A stretch of 64,000 nucleotides of DNA from a virus. Lineage: Duplodnaviria > Caudoviricetes. Positions 28,314 to 38,450 of the stretch are shown here, piece after piece. The notes below the pieces were generated by a model, which searched no databases, was not told the origin of the DNA, and worked only from the letters and a program-made list of their open reading frames with translations. Within the stretch, counting starts at the first letter, position 1. The number at the start of each line of letters is the position of its first letter. The translations under genes were made by a program, and so were the position numbers. The stretch covers positions 75,447 to 139,446 of the IMG/VR virus record IMGVR_UViG_3300032295_000548; one strand, 5' to 3'.

Positions 28314-28817
28314 ATGTGGATAATTAACTTTTTACCAGAATGGGCGATACACTCTATATTCGTAGCAGGTGTATTGGGAACCATAGCCGGATTTGTACTG
28401 GGTTTTGTACCCTTTATAAAGCAATATCTATTGCCCATCAAGATCATCAGTCTGATAGTATTGGTTTTGGGTGTATATCTTGAGGGCGGTCTCGCTGATA
28501 CCAAAGAATGGCAACTTAAAGTCAAAGAAATGGAAGCTAAGTTAGCAAAGGTTGAGGCTGAGGGCGCCAATAAAAACGTAGAAATACAAGAAAAGATAGT
28601 AGAAACGACCAAGATAGTTAAAGAAAAGGGACGTGACATTATCAAGTATGTTGATAGATGGAACACGAAAGAAGTAATCAAAGAAGTAGAAGGCCCTGAA
28701 AGAATTAGGAGAGAGGAAGTAATCAAGTATATTGAAAACTGCCCTGTACCTAAAGAAATGATAAACATACACAATCAAGCTACCGAAATAAACAAGGCTG
28801 CGGAGGGTAAAAAATGA
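28314..28817 (+). CDS. Putative inner-membrane spanin (Rz-like)
   Basis: N-terminal TM helices, coiled coil, C-terminal C.VP....IHN. Confidence 0.6.
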   Translation: MWIINFLPEWAIHSIFVAGVLGTIAGFVLGFVPFIKQYLLPIKIISLIVLVLGVYLEGGLADTKEWQLKVKEMEAKLAKVEAEGANKNVEIQEKIVETTKIVKEKGRDIIKYVDRWNTKEVIKEVEGPERIRREEVIKYIENCPVPKEMINIHNQATEINKAAEGKK

Positions 28818-29077
28818 AGTACTTATTACCCATACTGTTACTAGCAGGATGTTCGACCACAGTTGTACCTGTAGCGCCCAAGTTTCCTAATGCTACTCCT
28901 GAACTTATGAAAAAGTGCGAATCTCTAAAGAAGATTGAGGGTGATAAAGTAGCAATTACAGAAATGTTAAAAGTCGTAGTTCACAATTATTCATTGTACT
29001 ATGAGTGTTCTACCAAAGTCGATGGATGGCAAGAATGGTATAATGAACAGAAAAAGATATATGAAAGCGCAAAATAA
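28814..29077 (+). CDS. Putative outer-membrane spanin lipoprotein (Rz1-like)
   Basis: Lipobox LLAGC, Pro-rich stretch, C...YYEC...W..WY; ATGA-coupled. Confidence 0.65.
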   Translation: MKYLLPILLLAGCSTTVVPVAPKFPNATPELMKKCESLKKIEGDKVAITEMLKVVVHNYSLYYECSTKVDGWQEWYNEQKKIYESAK

Positions 29078-29333
29078 TAGCATATTATTAGCGTTATGTT
29101 TATTAGCCGGCTGTGCGTCTACAAACGACTACCAAACGTATGTAGATACACAAAAAGCATTAAACAAAGACTATACGATGGCTGAATTAGCCAGAATTTC
29201 TGCTCTTACTGAAATAGTGAAAGAAACACAAGATGTTTCAGTAAGAATACAAGCTATCAAAGCCCTGCAAGAAATTCAGCGTAGCAAAAGACCATTACTA
29301 ATAGAACGACCCAAGACTTGGTTAGAGAGATAA
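29061..29333 (+). CDS. Lipoprotein
   Basis: Lipobox LLAGC when started at ATG29061. Confidence 0.65.
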   Translation: MKAQNNSILLALCLLAGCASTNDYQTYVDTQKALNKDYTMAELARISALTEIVKETQDVSVRIQAIKALQEIQRSKRPLLIERPKTWLER

Positions 29334-29359
29334 ATACAAGATAGTATTCAGGAATAACC

Positions 29360-29896
29360 ATGGCACAAGAAATTATCAACGTTGGCACATTACCAAATGA
29401 CGGAGAAGGCGATCCGTTAAGAGTAGCCTTCCAAAAAGTTAACAATAATTTTGCTAATCTTTTCAGCACAACATTTAATATTGCAGAATCAGTTACAGTC
29501 GGCCTTACAGCTAATCAAGTGATTTTAGAACATCCAGCTAATACGTTTACACAAGGCATGATACAGATACGTAGTTATGATCCTGGCACAGTAAACATGC
29601 AAAATATAGTATTGTCATCAGCAATTACTAATAACCTAGGTGGCGTAAAATTTTCAGGATATGGAACTTCATCTGAAGGTAACGCATTATGTAGTTACAA
29701 TATGGACGTGTCAGCCGGCAATGTTAGAGTATTAGTAAACCCTGTTGCCAACACTACTATATATCATTACATCTCATATCAAATTACCAGTGCTGATTTA
29801 GTAAATGGTCCTATGATAGCACTTGATGGATTTTCAGCAGGTTCAGTAATGAGTACACAAGATGAAATAGCCATCACAACAGAAGGATCGGAATGA
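29360..29896 (+). CDS. Virion protein with a T4 gp9/gp10-like N-terminal motif
   Basis: INVG..PNDGEGDPLR.AF.KVN.NF; TAAATA at 29331. Confidence 0.7.
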   Translation: MAQEIINVGTLPNDGEGDPLRVAFQKVNNNFANLFSTTFNIAESVTVGLTANQVILEHPANTFTQGMIQIRSYDPGTVNMQNIVLSSAITNNLGGVKFSGYGTSSEGNALCSYNMDVSAGNVRVLVNPVANTTIYHYISYQITSADLVNGPMIALDGFSAGSVMSTQDEIAITTEGSE

Positions 29897-30300
29897 GAGC
29901 TAGAGAGTTCATAGCAGAACAAAAACTTAGTGATGTTCATGACGGTTTAGACGTAGCATCTAAGTCTCTCCCCAACACGTATGTTATTCCAGAGTTACAG
30001 AACAATGACTTCTATGATTTATATCGTTTTGGTGTAGCAATTGCCGCAGTAAGAGGCGAAAGCGGTAATGACGATGTACAAAATGGTCATAAGCCTGATT
30101 TTAGGGCAGAAAGTAGCTGGGGAGAAAATCAAGTTATATCATCTGAGTTTGACAAAGAGATTGGTAAAACTATTGACCAAGCATTAAAGAAGGTCGGCAA
30201 ATCCGGCAAAAAATTAGTCAGTACACCTAGTAGTGATGAAATGGAAGATACTGAATATACTTCTCCTATCAAAGCTTTCAAAGGATATAGAAGAAAATGA
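29893..30300 (+). CDS. Putative head-internal protein, paralog 1
   Basis: N-terminus MRAREFIAE resembles the T4 capsid-targeting sequence; ends PIKAFKGYRRK. Confidence 0.55.
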   Translation: MRAREFIAEQKLSDVHDGLDVASKSLPNTYVIPELQNNDFYDLYRFGVAIAAVRGESGNDDVQNGHKPDFRAESSWGENQVISSEFDKEIGKTIDQALKKVGKSGKKLVSTPSSDEMEDTEYTSPIKAFKGYRRK

Positions 30301-30671
30301 GAGCAGACGAATTCCTAAATGAAAACAAGGTAGGGAAGATAAGCAAACGTAAACAAATAGCTACCCGTGGTCTGCATAAATTCCGTGACCAAGAGTTTGC
30401 CGATAGAATTTACGAATTGAATCGTATCATGATGGCTGCCGCAAGCACAGACGGCACCATTATACCCGATATGAATCACGAAAGTTGGGCCGGCAGATAT
30501 GATATAGCCGCACCCTATACTAAAGAAGAAGCTAATATGCTAAAAGTGGCATATAAAGTTAATGGTAGTCACTTTGAAGATTTGAATGATGGTGATTTAC
30601 GTAGTCAAGAACTACCGAATACAAATACACAAAGCACAGTAAAGCCTTTTAAGGGCTACAAGAAAAAATAA
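30297..30671 (+). CDS. Putative head-internal protein, paralog 2
   Basis: MRADEFLNE; ends VKPFKGYKKK. Confidence 0.55.
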   Translation: MRADEFLNENKVGKISKRKQIATRGLHKFRDQEFADRIYELNRIMMAAASTDGTIIPDMNHESWAGRYDIAAPYTKEEANMLKVAYKVNGSHFEDLNDGDLRSQELPNTNTQSTVKPFKGYKKK

Positions 30672-30718
30672 TTCTAAGGTAAAATCGCATAAGTATTCTC
30701 ATATATTGCAGGATACTT

Positions 30719-31411
30719 ATGATCGATATCAACAACACTTTAGACCTAATTAAATTAAAATTTTACAACGAATGGTTGTACACTGCTCACATTTATGATG
30801 AGGGTGATAGTCAATTCCACAAAGAACTAACCACTCAAGTTGTAAACACTTACTTTGATCCTCTTAATATAGCTAAAGATGCTAAGATTTTAGATTTGGG
30901 ATGTGGCCCCGGATACTTTTTAGATGAAATGAAATTTAGAGGTTACAATAACGTGACTGGAGTTACACTAAGTCCCGGTGACATAAAGATATGTGAAGAT
31001 AAAGGTCACAAGATTGCTAAGTACGACCTTAGCTTCATCCCACAAAAAGACGGCTACCATGACGAGTCAGTAGACTTTATTTTCTTACGTCATGCATTGG
31101 AACATAGCCCGTATCCTATCTTTAGCTTGATGGAATATAATCGTATTTTAAAGCAAGGAAGCAAGATTTACATTGAAGTACCTGCTCCCGATTGCGAACG
31201 TAAGCACGAATGGAACTTGAATCACTATAGTATTTTAGGCGAACAGCAATTGTTAGCACTGTTGCAAAGAACAGGATTTGATGTGAATGTGTTCAATAGC
31301 ATAGAATTTGATTTGGGTGTAAAAGATACCCCTGATGGTGAAGTTAAAAAAGTACGAGAAAAGTTCTACTGTATTATTGCGACTAAAGCAAGACCACTTG
31401 ATATCAAGTAA
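30719..31411 (+). CDS. Class I SAM-dependent methyltransferase
   Basis: ILDLGCGPG, RHALEHSP, RILK. Confidence 0.88.
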   Translation: MIDINNTLDLIKLKFYNEWLYTAHIYDEGDSQFHKELTTQVVNTYFDPLNIAKDAKILDLGCGPGYFLDEMKFRGYNNVTGVTLSPGDIKICEDKGHKIAKYDLSFIPQKDGYHDESVDFIFLRHALEHSPYPIFSLMEYNRILKQGSKIYIEVPAPDCERKHEWNLNHYSILGEQQLLALLQRTGFDVNVFNSIEFDLGVKDTPDGEVKKVREKFYCIIATKARPLDIK

Positions 31412-31428
31412 AAGCTAAATACTCATCT

Positions 31429-32976
31429 ATGAGTGGATCACCGTCATTAGTTAAAACGCCCTACACGAAAACAAAGTTCAAGACACAAAAAGAACTTGAT
31501 GACTTTGTGAAATGTTGCGACCCAGATACGGGTTATCTATATTTCATGGATAACTTTTTTATGATTCAGCACCCTACTAGGGGTAGCATGGTCTATCATC
31601 CATGGGAATATCAAAAAAGATTGATTGAGACATATCATAAGTATCGTTTCAGTATCAGCCTAATGCCTCGACAATCAGGCAAATCAACAAGCGCCGCAGG
31701 TTATCTACTTTGGTATTCTATGTTTGTACCTGATAGTACAATTCTTATTGCGGCTCACAAGTACACTGGCGCACAGGAGATTATGCAACGTATTCGTTAT
31801 GCATATGAAGCCTGTCCCGATCACATTAAAGCAGGTGTGACCACTTACAACAAGGGGTCATTAGATTTTGAGAATGGATCTCGTATCGTGTCAGCAACCA
31901 CGACAGAAAATACAGGTCGTGGTATGTCTATTTCCTTGTTATACTTGGACGAATTTGCGTTCGTTAGACCTTCCATTGCTGAGTTGTTCTGGACCTCGAT
32001 TACGCCTACTTTGTCTACTGGTGGTAAAGCGATTATCACAAGCACACCTAACAGTGACGAAGACCAATTTGCATTGATTTGGAAACAAGCTAACAAGTGT
32101 GAAGATTCATATGGAAATGAAACTGAATTAGGTGTAAACGGATTCAGAGCATACAGAGCATATTATACAGAGCAACCAGGCAGAGACGAAAAGTGGGCAG
32201 AAGAAATGAAAGCTCAGTTAGGTGAGGACCGATTCCGTCGAGAGATCGGATGTGAGTTCATTATTGCTGATGAAACATTAATTGCAGCCACAACATTAAT
32301 TGACTTAGAGGGTGTTGAACCTGTAAGTCGTATGGGTCAGGTTCGTTGGTACAAGAAGCCCAGTAAAGGTAATATCTATACAGTAGCATTAGATCCTAGT
32401 TTGGGTACAGGTGGTGATCCGGCAGCTATTCAAATCTTTGAAGCAAACACAACTACACAAATAGGTGAATGGAAGCACAATAAAACTGATATCCCTACTC
32501 AAATTAAATTGTTAGCACAAATAAACAAATACATTGAAGATTGTACCGGCGAAGCCAGTAATATCTACTATTCTGTTGAGAATAATTCTATAGGTGAGGC
32601 TTCATTGGTGTCATTAAACGAGTACGGGGAAAATAACATCCCAGGAATCTTTCTAAGTGAGCGAGGGAAGAAACGTAAGGGGTTTAACACCACACAGAAA
32701 GTAAAATTAGCGGCTTGTGCTAAATTTAAAACATTAGTTGAGAATAGAAAAATGACCATCAATAGCAGAAGTTTAGTATCAGAATTGAAGTCATTTATTG
32801 CATCCGGCGGAAGTTATGCCGCAAAAATAGGCGAAACCGACGATTTGGTCATGGCCAGCTTATTGACTATCAGAATGATGCAGGAATTGTCAGATTATCA
32901 CTATAATTTAGAAGAACAAATCCGAGACCATGAGGAATATCTAGAACCCTTACCCTTCTTTGCTGTGATAAGTTGA
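31429..32976 (+). CDS. terL: Terminase large subunit (T4 gp17-like)
   Basis: PRQSGKS Walker A, LLYLDEFAF Walker B, ITSTPN, ALDPS, VENN, DDLVMA. Confidence 0.95.
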   Translation: MSGSPSLVKTPYTKTKFKTQKELDDFVKCCDPDTGYLYFMDNFFMIQHPTRGSMVYHPWEYQKRLIETYHKYRFSISLMPRQSGKSTSAAGYLLWYSMFVPDSTILIAAHKYTGAQEIMQRIRYAYEACPDHIKAGVTTYNKGSLDFENGSRIVSATTTENTGRGMSISLLYLDEFAFVRPSIAELFWTSITPTLSTGGKAIITSTPNSDEDQFALIWKQANKCEDSYGNETELGVNGFRAYRAYYTEQPGRDEKWAEEMKAQLGEDRFRREIGCEFIIADETLIAATTLIDLEGVEPVSRMGQVRWYKKPSKGNIYTVALDPSLGTGGDPAAIQIFEANTTTQIGEWKHNKTDIPTQIKLLAQINKYIEDCTGEASNIYYSVENNSIGEASLVSLNEYGENNIPGIFLSERGKKRKGFNTTQKVKLAACAKFKTLVENRKMTINSRSLVSELKSFIASGGSYAAKIGETDDLVMASLLTIRMMQELSDYHYNLEEQIRDHEEYLEPLPFFAVIS

Positions 32977-32986
32977 TAAATACATT

Positions 32987-35026
32987 ATGCCAATTAAGAA
33001 CGATTCATTAAACCGTAAATTATACGATCTGCTAAACGCCCGTGGGTATGACCCTGTACCTAGAGATAGTGATGTTTCAAATGCAGGAAAAACAGTTCCT
33101 CCCGAGGAAGCAGATGTATTCAAATTTACATTCAAACAGGGTAGCAAATCCATAGATGAAGCATGGGTTTCGGTTGACGGTGCAGAAAATTTAACACTGT
33201 ACTATGACCAAGATTTAGCCAATAAAGCAGATGAGCGTACTCCGGGTACACAATTTGATGATAGTTGGTATGGCTTATTAAGACATTTGAAAAAATGGGC
33301 ACATGCTCGTCAGTTGAGTTTTAAATTAGAGCCCAAAGAAAAAATTGACAGTGACATGGCACAAAGGACTTATATGAAGAAGAAAGAAAAAATCGCAGAA
33401 GGATATTATCCAATGGGCAAATCAGCAAGCTATAGCGATGCTGTACCTACCGTAAAGATTATCCTACAACATACTCGCCAAGTACAAGAAGGTGAGCAAA
33501 GATATCGCAACGTTGCTAAGATTTTCTTAGAAAATGCACAAGGTGAACGTTTTCTATCACCTACTAGCAAACCAGGACTAGCACAAGTTTATGCTAGACA
33601 CTTAGCAGAAGGTGGTGTTCCTAATGATGATCGTTGGAACCACTTGAAATCATTGTGCGAAGAATATTCAAAGATGGCAGGATTTGTTCGTGCTGTTCGT
33701 AGTAATCAATTTAATGAATCTGCTCAACGTGTCGTAGAAGCAGGATTGAATCACTATCAATCATTGCGTGAGTCATTAGGTAAGTTGCGTGGCCATCGTG
33801 GTTACACATCATACTTTGAATCATACACTCCGCCATTAATGGAAGATGATACTGATAGCAATGCGTTGAACGAACTTTTTGTCCAAGAAACACTGGACCC
33901 ACGCATTGAGTCTGTAATGCCTATACTAAACAAACTAAGCAAGAACTTAGGTGAGATGAAAGAAATTAGTGAGTTGGCTGAATGGGCTGACAACTTACTT
34001 GAAGGTGGTGATGGCGGTGAAGCAAGTGAAGAACCAGTACAGCAAATAGAAGAAGCTCCTGGTGCAGAAACATTAGCACACAACCAGTCTACTGAAAAGT
34101 CTAGATTAGATGCGTTTGATTTAGACGAAGGTATGTTAGATGGATCTGATGAATATGACAATCCAGTAGCCAACGCTATTACCCGTCGCATTCTATTACA
34201 ACGTGTAGACTTATTAGCAAAGCATGGTCCAGAAAAGGTTGCACAAGCAATCGGTGATGTTGCTGAATTTGTCGGTGATGTTGATGAAATAGGTTCCAGT
34301 GATGTTAGTGGTTGGATTAAACAAATCGAACAATCATTAGGTGGCGTAGATGAAGGCATCGGTGATGTTGCTAAGAAAGTCGGTAGCGCATTAGCAACGG
34401 GTGCTAAAGCAGTTGGTAAAGCAATCGTTGGTAAAGACGATGACGAATTACTAAAAGACTTACAGAAAAAAGCCGGCGTGCGTGGCATGAATCATGGCAA
34501 GCCAAGCATGGCAATCAGTGATGTTGAAAAGCGTGTAGACGAAGAAGATATGGACGAAAGCGCATTACAAGCATACTTAGGTAATAAGAAATATGGTAAA
34601 GAAGGTATGGATGCATTACGCAAAGCAGGCCGTGATGATGCTAGTAAAGAAGAAATGACAAGAATCCGCGACAAATACAATAAGCTAGATGAAGAAGGCG
34701 AGTTTGCTGGGGACTATGCTACCGGTGAAGCCGGTCAATGGCGTAACAAAGGTCCTAAAGCACACAAGCCAGCAACGATCGGTGATCTAGTTGGTGAGAA
34801 CTTTATCAACACTGACGCACAAGCTGTTGTCACTGAAGTAGATACCGGTGAATACGATGCCCGTAAATCAACTCCCAAAGGAGAAACTACTCCTGATCAG
34901 GAAAAGGAATTCCGTAAGAAAATACAAGCATACGGTAAAGAATTAGAACAGAGACAAAAAGAAAAAGAAAAAGTCAAAGAAGGTCATGATGATTTGGCTG
35001 CAATGATGCGAATCATTAACAGATAA
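32987..35026 (+). CDS. Large late protein of unknown function with an acidic C-terminal half, possibly head-associated
   Basis: TAAATA 4 nt upstream; several (L/V/I)xE sites. Confidence 0.7.
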   Translation: MPIKNDSLNRKLYDLLNARGYDPVPRDSDVSNAGKTVPPEEADVFKFTFKQGSKSIDEAWVSVDGAENLTLYYDQDLANKADERTPGTQFDDSWYGLLRHLKKWAHARQLSFKLEPKEKIDSDMAQRTYMKKKEKIAEGYYPMGKSASYSDAVPTVKIILQHTRQVQEGEQRYRNVAKIFLENAQGERFLSPTSKPGLAQVYARHLAEGGVPNDDRWNHLKSLCEEYSKMAGFVRAVRSNQFNESAQRVVEAGLNHYQSLRESLGKLRGHRGYTSYFESYTPPLMEDDTDSNALNELFVQETLDPRIESVMPILNKLSKNLGEMKEISELAEWADNLLEGGDGGEASEEPVQQIEEAPGAETLAHNQSTEKSRLDAFDLDEGMLDGSDEYDNPVANAITRRILLQRVDLLAKHGPEKVAQAIGDVAEFVGDVDEIGSSDVSGWIKQIEQSLGGVDEGIGDVAKKVGSALATGAKAVGKAIVGKDDDELLKDLQKKAGVRGMNHGKPSMAISDVEKRVDEEDMDESALQAYLGNKKYGKEGMDALRKAGRDDASKEEMTRIRDKYNKLDEEGEFAGDYATGEAGQWRNKGPKAHKPATIGDLVGENFINTDAQAVVTEVDTGEYDARKSTPKGETTPDQEKEFRKKIQAYGKELEQRQKEKEKVKEGHDDLAAMMRIINR

Positions 35027-35035
35027 AAGGGTAAA

Positions 35036-35112
35036 TAAACCTCACTTAAAAGGTGAGGTTTACCACATCTGGCATAAATACTATTGACATGAGAAGAAAG
35101 TACTGCTATACT
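35036..35112 (+). promoter_or_regulatory. Hairpin, TAAATA box and sigma70 promoter (TTGACA-17-TATACT) upstream of the SSB gene
   Basis: AAACCTCAC/GTGAGGTTT stem; TAAATA 35075; -35 at 35084, -10 at 35107. Confidence 0.7.
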
Positions 35113-35187
35113 TGTTCTTGTGTTAGACACTAATAGGTAGTGTCGAATATTAAACGAGACCATCTCAATTTTATAAGGAAAAATATC

Positions 35188-36189
35188 ATGGCATCATTAG
35201 CAGAAATTCGTGCTCGTATCGCGGCACAAGAAAACAAGCAACAAAAAGGCGCATCAGGCGCTCAATCTGATAACTCAATCTACCCCCACTGGAATATGGA
35301 CGAAGGCACAACAGCCACGATCCGCTTCTTGCCAGACGCAAATTCTAGTAACACCTTCTTCTGGGTAGAGCGTCAAATCATCAAGCTTCCATTCAATGGC
35401 GTTAAGGGCGATCCTAACGTTAAGCAAACTGTTGTACAAGTTCCATGTATGGAAATGTATGGCGATGCTTGTCCTGTTCTTGCAGAAGTTCGTCCTTGGT
35501 ACAAAGACGAATCATTGAAAGAAATGGCTAACAAGTATTGGAAGAAGCGTAGTTATCTATTTCAAGGTTTTGTTCGTCAAAACCCTATCGGTGACGACAA
35601 GACTCCTGCGAACCCAATTCGCAGATTCATCATCAGCCCACAAATCTTTACTATCATCAAGTCCAGTCTAATGGATCCTGAAATGGAAGAATTGCCAACA
35701 GACTATCTACGTGGTCTTGACTTCAACGTTAAGAAAACAAGCAAAGGTGGTTATGCAGATTACTCTACAAGTAACTGGGCACGTAAAGAATCTCCTCTAA
35801 CAGAAACAGAACAAGCCGCTATTGAAGCACATGGCTTGCACAACTTGGCTGACTTCTTGCCTAAGAAGCCTAGCGAAGCTGAACTGCGTGTTATCAAAGA
35901 AATGTTTGAGGCATCAGTTGACGGTCAACCATTCGACAACGAACGTTGGGGTCAATACTATCGTCCATATGGAATTGAAGCCCCTGCAGGAGCTACGGCA
36001 GGAACAACCGCGTCTGCTGGAACCAGCGCACCCGTAGCAACTCCCGTAGCAGAAACTTCTACAGCTCCTTGGGAAGATGACACTGCATCAGCCTCACAAC
36101 CTGTACAGGTTCCAAAGACTGCGCCAGCATCAAGCGATAAAGCACAAGACATCCTAGCGATGATTCGTGCGAGACAAAACAAGTCTTAA
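35188..36189 (+). CDS. Single-stranded DNA-binding protein (T4 gp32-like)
   Basis: IRFLP, CPV, G.DF..K....GGYADYS.S; SD AAGGA favours ATG35188. Confidence 0.88.
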   Translation: MASLAEIRARIAAQENKQQKGASGAQSDNSIYPHWNMDEGTTATIRFLPDANSSNTFFWVERQIIKLPFNGVKGDPNVKQTVVQVPCMEMYGDACPVLAEVRPWYKDESLKEMANKYWKKRSYLFQGFVRQNPIGDDKTPANPIRRFIISPQIFTIIKSSLMDPEMEELPTDYLRGLDFNVKKTSKGGYADYSTSNWARKESPLTETEQAAIEAHGLHNLADFLPKKPSEAELRVIKEMFEASVDGQPFDNERWGQYYRPYGIEAPAGATAGTTASAGTSAPVATPVAETSTAPWEDDTASASQPVQVPKTAPASSDKAQDILAMIRARQNKS

Positions 36190-36197
36190 TCGGAACG

Positions 36198-36220
36198 AGG
36201 GAGCTTCGGCTCCCTTCCTT
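36198..36220 (+). terminator. UUCG hairpin, probable terminator
   Basis: AGGGAGC-TTCG-GCTCCCT with a weak U tract. Confidence 0.6.
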
Positions 36221-36231
36221 AGGAGAAAACC

Positions 36232-36465
36232 ATGACATTACCCGACGAACGCTACCGTGCCCTTAAGCAAGGTAAAAAACTGTTAGAAGAACTATGCGAT
36301 CCTGGGCGCACTCCTAGGGTACCATCATTAGTGCGAGACCGCGCCCGCGGGGTCTTGCGTCACTATCCTAGCGATTATGAATTAGAGAGAATTGCAGACA
36401 ATTGTCCAGAGTTCCTTGACAAATTTTCATTCGCTGATAGAATGTATACAAACGTACAAAAATAA
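36232..36465 (+). CDS. Small conserved protein (BPSL0761-like)
   Basis: MTLPDERYRA...VR..AR..LRHYP; family recalled from memory. Confidence 0.65.
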   Translation: MTLPDERYRALKQGKKLLEELCDPGRTPRVPSLVRDRARGVLRHYPSDYELERIADNCPEFLDKFSFADRMYTNVQK

Positions 36466-36478
36466 TTAGGAGAATAAA

Positions 36479-36670
36479 ATGACAAAAAAATTAACTAAAT
36501 TAGCAAAAGTAAATGATTCAATTACACTTAACCGTTATGACAATGGTTGGATGGTTGAAGTAGGTGGTCGTGATGAAGAAAGTGATTGGAAGAATGCAAA
36601 GATTCTTTGTAACACTGAAGAAGAATTGATTGCACTAATCAAAGAATACAACACAATGGATGTGGAGTAA
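36479..36670 (+). CDS. Hypothetical protein
   Basis: SD AGGAG; 63 aa. Confidence 0.7.
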   Translation: MTKKLTKLAKVNDSITLNRYDNGWMVEVGGRDEESDWKNAKILCNTEEELIALIKEYNTMDVE

Positions 36671-36672
36671 GC

Positions 36673-37743
36673 ATGGGAAAACCATTCGATATTAGTAAAT
36701 TTCGTAAAGACATTACAAAGTCTATTGAAGGATTATCAATTGGATTCAATGATCCAACTGACTGGATCTCAACTGGTAACTTTGCACTCAATTATCTTAT
36801 TAGTGGTGACTTTAATAAAGGCGTACCTCTTGGTAAAGTTACTGTCTTTGCCGGAGAGTCAGGATCAGGAAAATCATTCATCTGCTCAGGAAACCTAGTT
36901 CGTCACGCACAACAACAAGGCATTTTCGTTGTACTGATTGACAGCGAAAACGCACTTGACGAAGCATGGTTACATGCTTTAGGTGTTTCAACTGACGAAG
37001 ATAAATTGTTAAAGCTTAACATGGCTATGATTGATGACGTTGCTAAAACAATTAGCGAATTCATGAAATCATACAAAGCAATGCCAACAGATGACAAACC
37101 AAAAGTCTTGTTTGTTCTTGACTCGCTTGGTATGTTGTTGACACCAACTGACGTTAATCAATTTGAAGCAGGTGATATGAAGGGTGACATGGGTCGTAAG
37201 CCTAAAGCACTTACATCACTTGTTCGCAATTGTGTTAACATGTTCGGTAGTCACAACGTTGGATTAGTTGCTACTAATCACACTTATGCTTCACAAGATA
37301 TGTTTGACCCGGATGATAAAATCTCAGGTGGTCAAGGTTTCGTTTACGCAAGTTCAATTGTCGTTGCGATGAAGAAACTGAAACTTAAAGAAGATGAAGA
37401 TGGTAACAAAGTATCTGATGTGCGCGGCATTCGCAGTGCATGTAAGATTATGAAAACTCGTTACGCTAAGCCTTTCGAAAGTGTTCAGATTAAGATTCCA
37501 TATGAAACAGGTATGAATCCATACTCAGGCATGCTTGACATGATTGAGAAGGACGAGCTTGTTAAGAAAGAAGGCAATAGTCTTGTTTATACTACACTTG
37601 ACGGAGAAATCATTAAGAAGTTCCGTAAAGCATGGGAAGCAAACACTGATGGTTGCTTGGACAAAGTTATGTCCGAATATGGCAAAAAAATCAAACCAAC
37701 GATAAGTAATTCTGTAGAACCTGAAGGAGAAACTACAGAATGA
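36673..37743 (+). CDS. uvsX: RecA-like recombinase UvsX
   Basis: ISTG..ALN, GESGSGKS, IDSENA, LDSLG, NHTY, SGGQG. Confidence 0.93.
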   Translation: MGKPFDISKFRKDITKSIEGLSIGFNDPTDWISTGNFALNYLISGDFNKGVPLGKVTVFAGESGSGKSFICSGNLVRHAQQQGIFVVLIDSENALDEAWLHALGVSTDEDKLLKLNMAMIDDVAKTISEFMKSYKAMPTDDKPKVLFVLDSLGMLLTPTDVNQFEAGDMKGDMGRKPKALTSLVRNCVNMFGSHNVGLVATNHTYASQDMFDPDDKISGGQGFVYASSIVVAMKKLKLKEDEDGNKVSDVRGIRSACKIMKTRYAKPFESVQIKIPYETGMNPYSGMLDMIEKDELVKKEGNSLVYTTLDGEIIKKFRKAWEANTDGCLDKVMSEYGKKIKPTISNSVEPEGETTE

Positions 37744-37988
37744 GTTTGGATATCGTAACAGAAGTATGGGAAGCCCTAAGAAGTCATGTAGACTTTAATG
37801 AACGAAAAGATGCCGCCGACACCCTTGTCAATCTTTTGATTGACGCTGGATATGACGCGGACGATATTAAAGAATCGTTTAGAGGTGATAAAGATATTGG
37901 CAGTGCTTTGAAGTATTACAGAGAACAGCACGAAGTCGAAGAAGAATACGAAGATTACGATGAACCCGAAGATGATGAATGGGATTAA
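37740..37988 (+). CDS. Acidic hypothetical protein
   Basis: ATGA-coupled to uvsX. Confidence 0.7.
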   Translation: MSLDIVTEVWEALRSHVDFNERKDAADTLVNLLIDAGYDADDIKESFRGDKDIGSALKYYREQHEVEEEYEDYDEPEDDEWD

Positions 37989-38447
37989 ATGAATTGGTAC
38001 ACAAAAGTATCGCAGGACTTATCTGCGATACCGGATTTCATTACGCACTATGAGTCAGAATTGGCTAGCGCCAAACAAGAGGTAAAAATCTATGGCAATG
38101 TTGAAAAGAACATTGCCAATTTACCCGGTGTTACTGAACATAGATTCAATCAACTACAAGAGATAGAAGCGGTACTAAACTATCTCAACATTAGGCTAAG
38201 GCAAATTCGCCGAAAACATTTTCAAAAATACTTAGAAGCGTATAATAGAGCACTGACAAGCCGTGATGCTGAAAAGTATGTAGACGGTGAATCAGAAGTT
38301 ATTGACTTTGAGGTCCTAATCAACGAAGTCGCATTATTGCGTAATCGTTGGTTGGGTATATTAAAAGGTCTTGAAGCCAAACAATGGCAGATGGGCCACA
38401 TTGTTCGTCTCCGTACTGCTGGTATGGAAGACATTACTGTAGGATAA
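37989..38447 (+). CDS. uvsY: Recombination mediator, UvsY-like
   Basis: Helical; KYVDGE...K.L..K.WQ...IV.LR.AG; next to uvsX. Confidence 0.75.
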   Translation: MNWYTKVSQDLSAIPDFITHYESELASAKQEVKIYGNVEKNIANLPGVTEHRFNQLQEIEAVLNYLNIRLRQIRRKHFQKYLEAYNRALTSRDAEKYVDGESEVIDFEVLINEVALLRNRWLGILKGLEAKQWQMGHIVRLRTAGMEDITVG

Positions 38448-38450
38448 TTT

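Noticed and set aside
33802-34488. 228-aa minus-strand ORF
   Set aside because: Ser/Pro-rich mirror of an acidic plus-strand gene
35140-35187. GTG start extending the SSB gene
   Set aside because: ATG35188 has the SD; the upstream part is a structured leader
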